Part shown: piece after piece, positions 31,701 to 41,385 of the stretch | Numbering within the stretch: the stretch's first letter is position 1 | Layout: each line of letters starts with the position of its first letter | Source of the DNA: Nitrosopumilus sp. | GTDB taxonomy: Archaea; Thermoproteota; Nitrososphaeria; Nitrososphaerales; Nitrosopumilaceae | Direction of reading: 5' to 3' | DNA: 64,000 nt | Assembly (NCBI GenBank): GCA_965204345.1 | Contig: OZ241981.1 | Coordinates: 1,344,001-1,408,000, forward strand | Position numbers and translations under genes: made by a program | The notes under the pieces: generated by a model | Told to the model about the DNA's origin: nothing | Databases searched by the model: none | What the model saw: only the letters and a program-made list of their open reading frames with translations

Positions 31701-33475
31701 CCTCGCACCTGCATGTTCTGATGGGGAATCCTCCGTATTCGGCAGGACAAGACGATTTTAACAAGGGCACGCCAAACAAGAAATATTCTGACCTTGATCC
31801 AAGAATAAAAGACACGTATATTTCCAGAGTTAAGAAAATCAACCCAACTCTTACCAATACTGTATCACTGTATGATTCCTACATACGCTCAATTCGATGG
31901 GCATCAGATCGGATTGGAAATTCCGGAATTATTGGGTTTATCACCAATGCAAGCTTTATCAGATCTGATGCAACAGCAGGACTGCGTGCATGCCTTGAAG
32001 AAGAGTTTGATGAGGTATGGTGTTTTGATTTGAGAGGCGATGCATATACACAAGGAGAATTGCGTAGAAAAGAAGGTGGTAATGTATTTGGTTCTGGTTC
32101 CAGAACTCCGGTTGCAATCACTATACTGATCAAAAATCCTACAAAGAAAAAATGTGTCATACATTACAAGGACATCGGTGATTATCTCACAAGAGAGCAA
32201 AAACTAGGAAAAATATCTGAACTAAAGTCCATAAACGGAATAAAGGACTGGGAGAAAATTTCTCCAGACAAACATCATGACTGGATTGACCAACGCCCTA
32301 AAGGATTTTCAAAATACACTCCAATTGGAAGCAAAGAAACAAAGTCAGGCGCATATGTAAATGCTATTTTCAGAATATATTCCAGTGGAATTAAAACTCA
32401 TCGTGATGTATGGGCATATAATTCATCTAAAGATGAGCTTGGCAAAAATATGAAAGTACACATTAATTATTGTAATTCGCAAGATCTGAATAAACCAAAA
32501 ATCGATCCAACGCAAGGCAAATGGACAGCAAGCTTAAGTGACAAATTAAAACAAAATAAGACAAAACCCAAATTCGATGACAATAAAATTAGAACTGCAT
32601 CCTATAGACCGTTCTTCAAACAGAATCTATATTTTGATAATGTTTTTGTCGAGATGACCTACCAAATACCAAAATTCTTTCCAGAAAATTCCTCAAAAAA
32701 CTTGGTAATCTGCATACCCGATAAAGGCAAACTTGGAATGTTTTCTGTTATTGTAACAGATGTGACTCCTGATCTTCACATAATCGAACAATCTCAATGT
32801 TTCCCACTATACGTATACGAAAACAACAAGGACAAAAAACTCAACATTACAGACTTTGCGTTAAAAGAATACCAGCAACACTATAACGACTCAAAAATCA
32901 CAAAAAAATCAATCTTTTATTACGTCTATGGCATATTGCACCATACACAGTACAAGAAAAAATTTGCAAACAACCTTACACGGGAACTGCCACACATTCC
33001 AATGGCTCCAGACTTTTGGAAGTTTAGCAAGGCAGGAGAAAGACTGGCAGACCTGCATCTAAACTATGAGACCTGCAAGAGATATTCCCTGGGCAAGCCC
33101 AAATCCAAATTTGGCAACCTGGAAAAGATGGCGTATCCAAAGATGAAAAAAGATGATAAACAGATAGCAGACAAGACAAAACTTAGGATAAATGGAGTTA
33201 TAACATATGAGAACATTCCATCTGTCAAATATCAGATTAATGGCAGAACACCACTAGAGTGGCTAATAGACAGATACCGTTTTACAACAGACAAGGATTC
33301 TGGAATTACAAACAATCCAACAAAAGATATGACCGAACAAAAGACCATAGAGATGATTGAGAGAATTCTATACATCAGCACAGAATCAGATAAGATAATT
33401 GCAGAGTTCTCAAGACTGCCATTTGAGCCAAAAGACTGGGAGCCCAAAAAGACTGGCCTTGATGCGTATGGATAG
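28721..33475 (+). CDS. Type ISP restriction-modification enzyme (Mrr-like nuclease, SF2 helicase, N6-MTase, TRD; LlaGI/LlaBIII-like)
   Basis: GIDIVA...AIQCK; MACGTGKT; DEAH; QAVGRVMR; EPFAGTG; GNPPY; C-terminal TRD. Confidence 0.93.
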   Translation: MSKSQTFATFDTVLQKIRDESNSPFELGEKFEKLVFNFLTTDKLYTKRFEKVWTWTDWAKENKIKESLGTGHDLGIDIVALEDDGKLCAIQCKCYHDENILEKKDVDSFVAARVAYNMDYCILVSTSPVNDNAMAMLIGAKCTILDTEHLRNSSIDWSEYPKIKARKPKKLRDYQELAMDDVIQGFSKNSRGKMIMACGTGKTLVSLHIAEKLAGRGGTVLYLVPSISLILQSMREWSENSNIPHYYMAVCSDTSIRNDDGSLTELETPASTDHHLLSERLSKISKQKMNVVFSTYHSIDVVMDSMKGSFDIVLCDEAHRTAGIEGSSGKESYLTLVHHDTNIKAKKRLYMTATPRIYTENVKSKARQKEKVIISMDDQSIYGPEFHHLTFYDAVHKYDALSDFKVRVAVMDGDTMDKTIQGLVSDDDNQIPLNEKTLMASMWHALEYPGAGDEKELLQRVIVFCDMINSSKLFAGDEITYKKDVRENSEEFERIKEIDKNRSFVRLVNYVKKVKKDSDITRPAVRHVDGGDNAQYRRKQLDWLRDSEDDPNICRMLSNARCLSEGVDVPALDGVVFMNPRKSVVDVVQAVGRVMRKSPGKDYGYVILPVAIPAGMKIEDALGDSKHFKVVWQVLNALRSHDSRFADEINKLILDPPDGTSNDITNRIIIRHAGSHGLSSLEMPAEKMIEGIATKLVEKVGDVDYYDTYGRTIGETTKAVETRIKNKLDGSPQLQNYFNSFHDGLKQLVNENITKDEALQIIGQHIVMSRVFDAMFSGEFTSRNPLSQILEKIAGKFGLQEELKILEPFYEQVRREIQGIKTREARQNFIKKIYGNFFSSAAKEQSEQHGIVYTPVEVIDFIINSVEILLKKHFGLGFNDRSVKVLEPFAGTGTFITRLLESGYIHDNLYEKYKHDIFANEMILLAYYIGTVNIETTYSSLQNHNRYVPFNGINYTDTIKHPARYREDPRHRQETTKINEDFVAVHARNRYQNASHLHVLMGNPPYSAGQDDFNKGTPNKKYSDLDPRIKDTYISRVKKINPTLTNTVSLYDSYIRSIRWASDRIGNSGIIGFITNASFIRSDATAGLRACLEEEFDEVWCFDLRGDAYTQGELRRKEGGNVFGSGSRTPVAITILIKNPTKKKCVIHYKDIGDYLTREQKLGKISELKSINGIKDWEKISPDKHHDWIDQRPKGFSKYTPIGSKETKSGAYVNAIFRIYSSGIKTHRDVWAYNSSKDELGKNMKVHINYCNSQDLNKPKIDPTQGKWTASLSDKLKQNKTKPKFDDNKIRTASYRPFFKQNLYFDNVFVEMTYQIPKFFPENSSKNLVICIPDKGKLGMFSVIVTDVTPDLHIIEQSQCFPLYVYENNKDKKLNITDFALKEYQQHYNDSKITKKSIFYYVYGILHHTQYKKKFANNLTRELPHIPMAPDFWKFSKAGERLADLHLNYETCKRYSLGKPKSKFGNLEKMAYPKMKKDDKQIADKTKLRINGVITYENIPSVKYQINGRTPLEWLIDRYRFTTDKDSGITNNPTKDMTEQKTIEMIERILYISTESDKIIAEFSRLPFEPKDWEPKKTGLDAYG

Positions 33476-33558
33476 TGTATATGCTAAAAAAGGCTGTAAA
33501 ATACGTACATGCAAATATAATATTCAAAATATTTAATCTGTTTTTACTAATGTATAAC

Positions 33559-33672
33559 ATGGGCAAAGAAGAAAACAAGAAAAAAGATGCCAAGGAGCCT
33601 TTCTACGGCAGTAGAGCAGCTCCGGAAAAACCGGGTTTCACAAAAGGCAAGCTGAGACCTACTGACGAATAA
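33559..33672 (+). CDS. Small basic hypothetical peptide (37 aa)
   Basis: ATG downstream of a TATA-like tract; followed by T-rich terminator-like run. Confidence 0.3.
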   Translation: MGKEENKKKDAKEPFYGSRAAPEKPGFTKGKLRPTDE

Positions 33673-33781
33673 TTTTTAATCAAAATTATCTCTTAATTTC
33701 TTTATCATGATTGGGATGTAACTATAATTTTTTTTGATTATATCCTTTATGATATAAACCCGTCAATGTATAAAGTAACAC

Positions 33782-34084
33782 ATGCTTACTAATCTCTCTT
33801 CTTTTTTAAGAAAAATCAACTCTATCATAATCTTGTCAGTCACCTCTTATCAAGGGCTTTTTTTATTGATAAGCAACGAGTATTTTCTATTTAGTTATCG
33901 TATCAGGGGTGAGGGAGTTGTTGTAATTCTATGTGTCATGGTATGTGTTGCTACCATATTGTCTATACTGCAATTAAAAAACATGAAGCAAAGTGATAAA
34001 TTCACATTCATTTGGCACGGCGTAACATGGTTTTTGTTTTTTGGCACCCTAATATCATTAAGACTTCAACCATTCACGCCTTGA
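33782..34084 (+). CDS. Small membrane protein
   Basis: Three hydrophobic segments. Confidence 0.45.
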   Translation: MLTNLSSFLRKINSIIILSVTSYQGLFLLISNEYFLFSYRIRGEGVVVILCVMVCVATILSILQLKNMKQSDKFTFIWHGVTWFLFFGTLISLRLQPFTP

Positions 34085-34467
34085 AGAGGGAGAGGCATAA
34101 TTACATTTTTATTTATTTCTCCAAAATCCGCACTTTTATCAGCAGGTAAAAATATTTGACTATCTGCAATTGACTGTCTTTTTTTTCATTTTTGATACCT
34201 TGCAATATTGGAAGTTTTTGCAGCTATCATAATTACCATCAGCAAAAATCTTTCGTGCTTGGCTAAGATGAGAACAAACAAACCAGTTGAACAACGAGAT
34301 AATCCTGAAAATCTTACAGAAGAAAAAAAAACACATGAAATTTTAAAATCTGAACGCTTGTATGCCATTGGGAAATTCTCAAGGAGAAGTTACTGTAACA
34401 GACAAAATCCTGCAGCTTTTAAAACAACTTTACCCCAAGTCAATTCCATGTGACTATCTGAACAAAA

Positions 34468-35022
34468 TTATAGTTTTTTTAATAGCGTAAATCGCGATTT
34501 AGCCGGTTCTATGTCTTCGTGCATGTCCACATTGCTTATGACCTTTACGTGATAGTCTAACCATCTTTTTTGCATGTTGCGAAATTTATGATATTTATCA
34601 ATCCGTCTCTCTGTTTCCTCAAATTTCTCACAATTCATAATGTATTTTTTTGATACTCTATACATCTCTGCAATTCCTTGGCCTACAATCTCATCATCCA
34701 AGTAATTCAGAAGGTGATGTGTAAAGATAAAGTCTATTGAGGAATCATCAAACGGCAGTTTTGCAATTGTTCCTTTTTCAAATTTTGCAATTGGCAGTTT
34801 TTCCCTTGCTACCTGCAATGCCTGCCCATTAAGATCTACACCATGTATTTCAAATGTATCTGAAAACAGTCTCAAATCTATTCCTGTTCCACAGCCAATC
34901 TCCAAGATGCTTGTACAATGCAACGATGCAGCCAAATCCCTTGTAAATTTTGCAAATTCCTCATTGTATCTTGATTCGTTATCATCACAATACCTGTTCC
35001 AAAATTCCTCATCGTAACCCAT
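34468..35022 (-). CDS. Class I SAM methyltransferase
   Basis: LEIGCGTG, LPFDDSSIDF. Confidence 0.88.
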   Translation of the reverse strand: MGYDEEFWNRYCDDNESRYNEEFAKFTRDLAASLHCTSILEIGCGTGIDLRLFSDTFEIHGVDLNGQALQVAREKLPIAKFEKGTIAKLPFDDSSIDFIFTHHLLNYLDDEIVGQGIAEMYRVSKKYIMNCEKFEETERRIDKYHKFRNMQKRWLDYHVKVISNVDMHEDIEPAKSRFTLLKKL

Positions 35023-35060
35023 GACCTTTCTCGCATAAAGCTGTATTTGATACTAGTCAT

Positions 35061-35222
35061 CTAATGCTGACATTTGCATGATACAAGCTTTGTATCAAAC
35101 GTGCAATCATGCGGACCGTCTGATTTTCCTTGTGTGGGTATCTCCTTGATGCAGTCATCATGACGACCCTTTCTGCAAAACCAACAGATTTCCGGCGTGT
35201 CGCCTGCAGCACAAGAGTCCAT
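35061..35222 (-). CDS. Cys/His-rich microprotein (53 aa)
   Basis: MDSCAAGDTPEICWFCRKGRHDDC...PHDCTFDTKLVSCKCQH; fills the gap between two co-oriented genes. Confidence 0.7.
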   Translation of the reverse strand: MDSCAAGDTPEICWFCRKGRHDDCIKEIPTQGKSDGPHDCTFDTKLVSCKCQH

Positions 35223-35261
35223 GCTTTTCATCCTAATTGCTGGTAAAAAACCCCATCTGGT

Positions 35262-36176
35262 TCAGATAAATGTCAGCCATGGCAAAAATCTTTCATCTTT
35301 GCCCATAACCACATCTGTAAATGATCTTTGTAACGCTTTTGTAATGCTGCCCATTTTGCCTGTTCCAACTTTTACTTTGTCTATCTGGGTAACTGACTTT
35401 ACCTCAGCTGCTGTACCTGTCATAAAAATCTCATCGGCATTATAGAGATCACCCCTTTCTAGATCACGTTCAATCACAAACCCGCCATTTTCTTCAATAA
35501 TCTGAATAATGCTGTCCCTGGTAATTCCCTCCAACCCGCCTGCAGAAAGCGGAGGAGTCTGAATAATGTCATCCTTAATGACAAATATGTTCTCAGTACT
35601 GCCCTCTGCAACTTTTCCGTGATAGTTTAGCATAATTGCCTCGTCATACCCATTTTCCAATGCTTCCATTCTTGCAAGAGCTGCGTTTGCATAGTTTGAT
35701 GCCGCCTTTGCCTGCATTGGCTGAGAGCGCGAATCCGTCTTTGCCCAACTGGATACTTTGCACTTTGCACCTGAGAACTTTCCAGCTTTTGATTCGCCCA
35801 TCTTCCATTCCCAGCATGCAATAGAGACATCAACTTTGTTACTAGTAGGGGTTAGTCCCATTGTTCCATAACCATAGTATGCCAGTGGCCTAATGTATGA
35901 TTCCTTGAGTCCCCCAGCTTTTACCGTATTGATAATTGCGTCTGAAATTATTTTTTTTGAGAACTGCATCTTCATTGAATACAACTTTGCAGACTTGAAG
36001 AATCTGTCTACGTGTTCTGGAAGCCTAAAGATTGCAGAGCCGTTTGGGGTATTATAGCATCTAATGCCCTCAAAAATTGATGTTGAATAGTGCAATGCGT
36101 GGGTTAGTACGTGAACCTTGGCATCTTTGAATGGAACCAGCTTGCCATTCATCCATATCTTGCCAACTTCCTTCAT
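35262..36176 (-). CDS. ilvE: Branched-chain amino acid aminotransferase
   Basis: ALHYSTSIFEGIR, YIRP, AEGSTENIF, LEGITR, TGTAAEV. Confidence 0.95.
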   Translation of the reverse strand: MKEVGKIWMNGKLVPFKDAKVHVLTHALHYSTSIFEGIRCYNTPNGSAIFRLPEHVDRFFKSAKLYSMKMQFSKKIISDAIINTVKAGGLKESYIRPLAYYGYGTMGLTPTSNKVDVSIACWEWKMGESKAGKFSGAKCKVSSWAKTDSRSQPMQAKAASNYANAALARMEALENGYDEAIMLNYHGKVAEGSTENIFVIKDDIIQTPPLSAGGLEGITRDSIIQIIEENGGFVIERDLERGDLYNADEIFMTGTAAEVKSVTQIDKVKVGTGKMGSITKALQRSFTDVVMGKDERFLPWLTFI

Positions 36177-36274
36177 GGAGAGCAGAAAAAACACTACCAA
36201 TTTAAAGAATTATCTTTTTGATGAAATTGGCTTTCTTTCTTAAACTACATATCTGATTAAGTGATGCTTTTTGT

Positions 36275-36481
36275 ATGGAATGGACTTTGGGTTTTGCAGG
36301 AATTATCTGCCTGACTGTGGGCTTGGCTGGTCAGGCATTTGAGATGAGAAAGATCCGCCTATCTGCCTACAAAGACGAAGATTCAGGCTCTGTCAATATA
36401 TTTACGAACAAGAGAAATCTAAAGTGGTACATACTGCTGGGAATTGGAGTTGTTTTATGGTACGCAGCTGAGCGTATGTGA
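36275..36481 (+). CDS. Small membrane protein
   Basis: Two TM helices. Confidence 0.65.
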   Translation: MEWTLGFAGIICLTVGLAGQAFEMRKIRLSAYKDEDSGSVNIFTNKRNLKWYILLGIGVVLWYAAERM

Positions 36482-36530
36482 ACAGATCTATATAGATCAT
36501 CCCTAAATACTAGGAATTCCATAGTATAGT

Positions 36531-36630
36531 ATCGCGTGTTTTGGGTAACGCCGGACTAACTCTAGATAATGGTCCAAGAATAAACCCATGATGGTGTTTA
36601 CAGGTGAAAGCCCGTAACATCATCCTTTTA
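36531..36630 (+). ncRNA. Candidate structured ncRNA
   Basis: GC-richer intergenic tract with nested stems TGGGT/ACCCA and GGACTA/TGGTCC, then ATGATG..TTAC/GTAA..CATCAT; T-run at end. Confidence 0.35.
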
Positions 36631-38046
36631 CTAAATAAAATCAATCTTTGCAATTTCTTGGTGTATTGCCCTAATGGCCTTTGTAATGTTATCCTGTGTG
36701 TCTTCTACGACAATAATTATCCTTGATGTCTCCTCCTGTGCATCCATGTTCAAAATATTCAATCCTGATTCACCAATCTTTGCACTGGTCCTAGAGGCCA
36801 CCTGTTGAACCTTCCACATCTCGTCTCCAATTAACGTAATTACGCCCCGGTTAAACGCTATTGTTGCAAGCGAATCAAATGCCAAGAGATATTTTTCATT
36901 TCTTTTTACATAGTCTCCATCCAAAAATAATATTCTAGAAAACTCTATTCCGTCTTTTGCAAATGGTGATAAAATTATGAATTCGCTATAACGCTTGTCT
37001 CTTTCTAGGGATGTCAATAACTTCTGAACTGCACTTGTCTCAATCCTAAAAATGGCACAGTTCTCCTTGCCCGTCACTATCTTTATTGGATGCCCCTTTT
37101 GCTCGTCCAGATTTCGTTTAATTACGGTAATTTCTTCTGGGTTTTTCATATTGGTTATGGTGATTGGTATGTCGACGCCGTTTTCTACAATCTCTTTTAT
37201 CGCAATTGGGTCTAGGATCTTCATGCCGAACATACCTGCCAATCTGGCCTCATTGTATGACAGCTGGATAATCTCCCTTAATTCCGAATCTACAATTTTT
37301 GGATCAGCAGAGACGACAGCGCTATCCTTTTCAAAATCTATGCTTGTCTCATACTTTTTGTGAAACAGTATTCCCAGATCTGCCGCTGTTCTGTCTGAGC
37401 CTCCTCGTTCGTATGTTGTAGTTATGCCATCTACTGTTTTTCCAATAAATCCGCCAATGGTTACCACCTGATTTTTTTCAACCAGTTCTGCCGTTTTTTC
37501 TATCTTTTCCCTGGATTCTGATGTAAGAAAATTTGTAAACTCGATATTGTTGTCTGTAATGATTGGCCAGTTATCATATTTTACTGCCTCAGCACTGATG
37601 CCGCTGCTTCTCAGAATATGGGTCATGACATGTGACATTAGAATCTCTCCTGAAAATGCCAGAGCTTTTGATCGTACTTCGTTGGCAAATTCCCTGCTCT
37701 CAAAGGCCTCATCTAATGCCTGCTGCGCCTTTTCTAGATGAAAATCAACTGTCCTAATACAACTCTCCTTGTTTTTTTCATCAACCATATCTGTAATCTT
37801 CTGATAAGTTGATTTTACAGTATCCAAAGACGGTTTTATGCCATTTTCTGCATTTCTTCCCTGTTCTAGTATGACATCAGTCAGTGAACGTCTCTTTTGC
37901 TCGTAAATTGTTAATGGTGCCGAAAAAACTGCAATAACCTTTGATTTTTTCTCCAAATTTGCGATTCTTTGGATAATTTTTGGAATTGTTTGGCCATTTG
38001 GACCTATTGCACTTCCCCCAAATTTGGCAATTACCAGGCTAGTCAC
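36631..38046 (-). CDS. Aspartate kinase
   Basis: AKFGGS, GGFIG, RGGSD, SADPKIV, LSYNEA; C-terminal ACT. Confidence 0.92.
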   Translation of the reverse strand: MTSLVIAKFGGSAIGPNGQTIPKIIQRIANLEKKSKVIAVFSAPLTIYEQKRRSLTDVILEQGRNAENGIKPSLDTVKSTYQKITDMVDEKNKESCIRTVDFHLEKAQQALDEAFESREFANEVRSKALAFSGEILMSHVMTHILRSSGISAEAVKYDNWPIITDNNIEFTNFLTSESREKIEKTAELVEKNQVVTIGGFIGKTVDGITTTYERGGSDRTAADLGILFHKKYETSIDFEKDSAVVSADPKIVDSELREIIQLSYNEARLAGMFGMKILDPIAIKEIVENGVDIPITITNMKNPEEITVIKRNLDEQKGHPIKIVTGKENCAIFRIETSAVQKLLTSLERDKRYSEFIILSPFAKDGIEFSRILFLDGDYVKRNEKYLLAFDSLATIAFNRGVITLIGDEMWKVQQVASRTSAKIGESGLNILNMDAQEETSRIIIVVEDTQDNITKAIRAIHQEIAKIDFI

Positions 38047-38091
38047 AGCACTTTATCAAAATCAACTGACCATCTATTAAGCATTTGATTT

Positions 38092-39108
38092 TTAATCTAC
38101 CAAGTTTTGAATAATTTTTGCCGCAGCATTTCCACCTGTCGCATTGATCGGATTTCTTTTTTCCTCAAGCTTTCTCAAAATCAGGCTCTCTAATCTGTTA
38201 ATATCATCAAATTCAAATCCTTGTCTTCTGGCATTGTCTTCTTGCTCAAAATGTCCTTTGATTGGTATGAATATTGCAGGGGTACCATACGCGTTAGCCT
38301 CATCCATGGTTGATTTTCCTGCCAATGATACTAACACATCTGCTGCAAATATCAACTCATGCAAGTTATCAACAAATCCCAAATTCTGTACGTCATCGAA
38401 TTTCTTGGTTATTGCAGGACCTGAAACCAAAACTGCCTTTACATCCTGATTTATCCTTGATATGACTTTCAATGCCTCCTCAATTAAGAATAACCCTGCA
38501 CTGGTACCTCCCACCGAAATAAGAATCGTTTTCTCATGAAAGCCAAACCTTTCTCTTAATTCTTCCCTTGTTGAATCTATATGCCTCACAATTGGCCCTG
38601 TTCTCTTGATGTTGCCCTCATCATTTCCGCCTTCAGGAAAAATTACCGTGTCACATTTTCTAATTATCTGATGCATTGATTTGTTCATCCTCTTTTCAAC
38701 CAGTGATGCCACACCTTTGGTAAAGCGGGTTTCAAGCACATCTGTGATTAATACTGTTGGAATTTTCATTTCCTGTGCAACAGTAAGTGATGCAAAATCC
38801 TCATCACTGATCACTAGATCTGGATTATTTTTCTCCAATATGGTCTTTGCAATTTTTTTACAGTCTTTGTAGTACCTGTAATAATTCCATAACCATTTTG
38901 CAGAATTTTTCAAAGCCCCGTTTTCAATAATAAATGATGGCGGATTGTATGCATCTTGTACATTGTAATTTAATTTTTTTAGAATTTTTGCAGCTCCACT
39001 GCCTGTAACGAAGCTTGTTGAAATGTTCTGAAAATTATTAACTATCGCAATGTCTCGAGTTATATGGCCTAGCCCGATTGGACTGGAAAAAAAATTACAA
39101 TTACTCAT
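38092..39108 (-). CDS. GT28/MurG-like glycosyltransferase
   Basis: GLGHITR, SVGGTSAG, LAGKSTMDE, HFEQEDNA. Confidence 0.85.
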   Translation of the reverse strand: MSNCNFFSSPIGLGHITRDIAIVNNFQNISTSFVTGSGAAKILKKLNYNVQDAYNPPSFIIENGALKNSAKWLWNYYRYYKDCKKIAKTILEKNNPDLVISDEDFASLTVAQEMKIPTVLITDVLETRFTKGVASLVEKRMNKSMHQIIRKCDTVIFPEGGNDEGNIKRTGPIVRHIDSTREELRERFGFHEKTILISVGGTSAGLFLIEEALKVISRINQDVKAVLVSGPAITKKFDDVQNLGFVDNLHELIFAADVLVSLAGKSTMDEANAYGTPAIFIPIKGHFEQEDNARRQGFEFDDINRLESLILRKLEEKRNPINATGGNAAAKIIQNLVD

Positions 39109-39187
39109 ATTTTACCACAATCTTTGTCAAATTTCTAGATTCTCTCTTGTCTCAAAGTTTAAATGGATTTTAACAAGGTAGATTTCT

Positions 39188-39262
39188 GGGCTCATAGTCC
39201 AGATCGGTTATGACGTCGCCCTTACACGGCGAAGATCCGGGGTTCAAATCCCCGTGGGCCCA
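39188..39262 (+). tRNA. tRNA-Val(TAC)
   Basis: GGGCTCA/TGGGCCC acceptor; TCGCC-CTTACAC-GGCGA arm; GTTCAAAT T-loop. Confidence 0.95.
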
Positions 39263-39417
39263 TACCTATCTTTTCTGGGACAAATAGAATCACCTAAAAC
39301 ACAAAATTCTCTCTGAAGTTAATGATGTAGTTTAGAACACTAATTTCTTTTTTTCTTTAAAATTATCTCAAAATATTTGTAAAAAATATAACATAATTGA
39401 TGAAGGAGAAACTAATA

Positions 39418-39722
39418 ATGTCTGAAAGTTTTACGGATTTTGAAATAATTACTGATGAGTTGTGTGATGCTATACAAAACAAGGATATCCGCCGTTGATT
39501 CTACAAATGATGTCTTCTCTCCATACCATGAAAAGACAAAATAACATGACGTTCTAAATTTGTCCAAAGAAGATTTTGTAAAACAAGTAGTCAGTATTAC
39601 AGTTTCCCGCCCAATAAACTATCAGAGAATTATTCAGATTAACAAAGGAAGCACTCCATTAATTCTCAGAAATACCTGATTTGGAATTAGGACCTAATAG
39701 ATGTAGTATTTGTAGAGGATAG
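39418..39722 (+). pseudogene. Internally deleted rhodanese/MBL-fold hydrolase remnant
   Basis: LNLSKEDFVKQV....RPINYQRIIQINKG...DLELGPNRC C-terminal signature. Confidence 0.65.
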
Positions 39723-39802
39723 TTTCATTGGATTTTATTAATGATTTTCATATATGATAATTGGCTGTTGTGTTTATTATTCTAATGAGAACATAGTGTC
39801 TG

Positions 39803-40351
39803 ATGAACAAAATTCTTTTACCCATTATTTTCTTAACATTCATTTTAGCATTTTCACTTGGTGCCATACCATCTTTTGCAAGCGACAATAATGATGATTC
39901 TTCTCATGATGACAGGTATGACGACGACAACGACAGAGATGATGACAAATACAAATCTAGTTCAGATTACAGAGAGGAAAGAAAAGAATATCGAGAATCA
40001 AAAGTATGTGTAAATAAAGATGAGTGTGTACATGATGAAGAGTTTAAGGAAGCTCGAGAAAAATATAGGGAAGAACGACAAAAATTACGAGATGGGTTTC
40101 ATAGTGAAAGACAGTTTTTTGATTCAAACAAACGATATTTTAAGATGTTAGAAATTATGAGAAAATCTTCCATGGGTGATGACTATCTACTTCCTCCCCT
40201 ACTCCAGATGAGTATTGTTGATAATGCACAAGAAATTCAATGCAGAGAAGGACTGGATTTGATTTTCAAAGAAAACAATGATCATCCAATGTGTGTAAAA
40301 CCCAGCACAGCAGAAAGGATGATTGAACGTGGAATTGCTTATACCTCTTAA
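39803..40351 (+). CDS. Secreted acidic protein with thaumarchaeal C-terminal Cys motif
   Basis: Signal peptide; CREGLDLIFK...PMCVKPSTAERMIERG. Confidence 0.75.
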   Translation: MNKILLPIIFLTFILAFSLGAIPSFASDNNDDSSHDDRYDDDNDRDDDKYKSSSDYREERKEYRESKVCVNKDECVHDEEFKEAREKYREERQKLRDGFHSERQFFDSNKRYFKMLEIMRKSSMGDDYLLPPLLQMSIVDNAQEIQCREGLDLIFKENNDHPMCVKPSTAERMIERGIAYTS

Positions 40352-40495
40352 GTAAAGATCATTTTTAGTTCATTTTCTAATTTTGCATATGATATATACT
40401 CTGGAATATCTTATCAATAACAGAATCATCTTCACTGAAAGTCAGATGTGAAAATTGTCTTTGGGTATATATGCTAAATTCATGTTAATCGCTTA

Positions 40496-41218
40496 ATGAG
40501 TAAGCAACTTACAGTAGCATTCAGTATAGCAATACTGCTAACAGTTACTGTTGTATATTCAGCTGATCTTTCACAGACAGCTGATGGTGCAAAAGCACAA
40601 GGAAATTTTTTACCTGAAACAGGTTCCAAAAAAGTTTGTGGAGATAAACTATGCTCTGAAGTAAATCAACCAGAAACTACTAAAGCCAAACATAGTAAAT
40701 CTGAAGACAAAACAAAACATGGTTCAAAGAAGTCTATTTCTATTTTACCAAATCAAATAATGTCAGGCAAATACAAGATCACTGTTGATTGGATACATGA
40801 GTTCCCCGTTACTGGTGAAAGTAATGGGTTTGCAATTCTAGTAAGTGATACCAGCATCAAAGCCGCCCATGGAAAAGACAAAGCAAAACACGGTGAATCA
40901 TCACATGAAGAAAAGGAAATGGGTGATTGTAGATGTATCACACTGCTAAAATCATCAGTTCCAAAAGCTGAACTATTTGAAAACGGTGTAAGTGGATTGG
41001 AGAATCACCTGACGATTACTGTTTCTGCTTCAAACCAAGAAATGATAATGCCTCTTTCTGCTGATGAATTGAGTGGAAGATACTATGCATTGTTTATACC
41101 TGCTATGTCAGGACAATACGATGTCAAACTGAGTGGCATGATCAGTGGTACAAGCGTAAATCATACATTTCAACCAGATCATGTTTTAGAAAAATCAGAA
41201 TTATTGCAATTCCCATAA
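40496..41218 (+). CDS. Secreted His/Lys-rich protein
   Basis: Signal peptide; KVCGDKLCSE motif; GRYYALFIP..GQY. Confidence 0.75.
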   Translation: MSKQLTVAFSIAILLTVTVVYSADLSQTADGAKAQGNFLPETGSKKVCGDKLCSEVNQPETTKAKHSKSEDKTKHGSKKSISILPNQIMSGKYKITVDWIHEFPVTGESNGFAILVSDTSIKAAHGKDKAKHGESSHEEKEMGDCRCITLLKSSVPKAELFENGVSGLENHLTITVSASNQEMIMPLSADELSGRYYALFIPAMSGQYDVKLSGMISGTSVNHTFQPDHVLEKSELLQFP

Positions 41219-41279
41219 TTTTTTTATTTTTATGCTGTCTCTAAATGAGTGATCTAGATATGGTCTAAATCATAATGCA

Positions 41280-41385
41280 GTTGCAATGGCTTATGATCTA
41301 CCTACAAAGGATGAGCTAGAGGATCTGAAAACGGAAAATCCAATTCAATGTTGCAATGGCTTATGATCTACCTACAAAGGATGAG
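41280..41385. repeat. Repeat-spacer-repeat unit: 36-bp exact direct repeat around a 34-bp insert
   Basis: GTTGCAATGGCTTATGATCTACCTACAAAGGATGAG at 41280-41315 and 41350-41385. Confidence 0.95.

Noticed and set aside
29214-33593. Short antisense ORFs within the RM gene and other long genes
   Set aside because: Shadow ORFs with no motifs, opposite well-supported CDSs
33480-34460. attR for the tRNA-Lys island
   Set aside because: No convincing copy of the tRNA-Lys 3' end found by eye
36531-36630. 5S rRNA
   Set aside because: No terminal helix I and no conserved CCGAAC loop
41280-41385. Canonical CRISPR array
   Set aside because: Only two repeats, no cas genes or clear leader, and each scar in the window has a different repeat sequence
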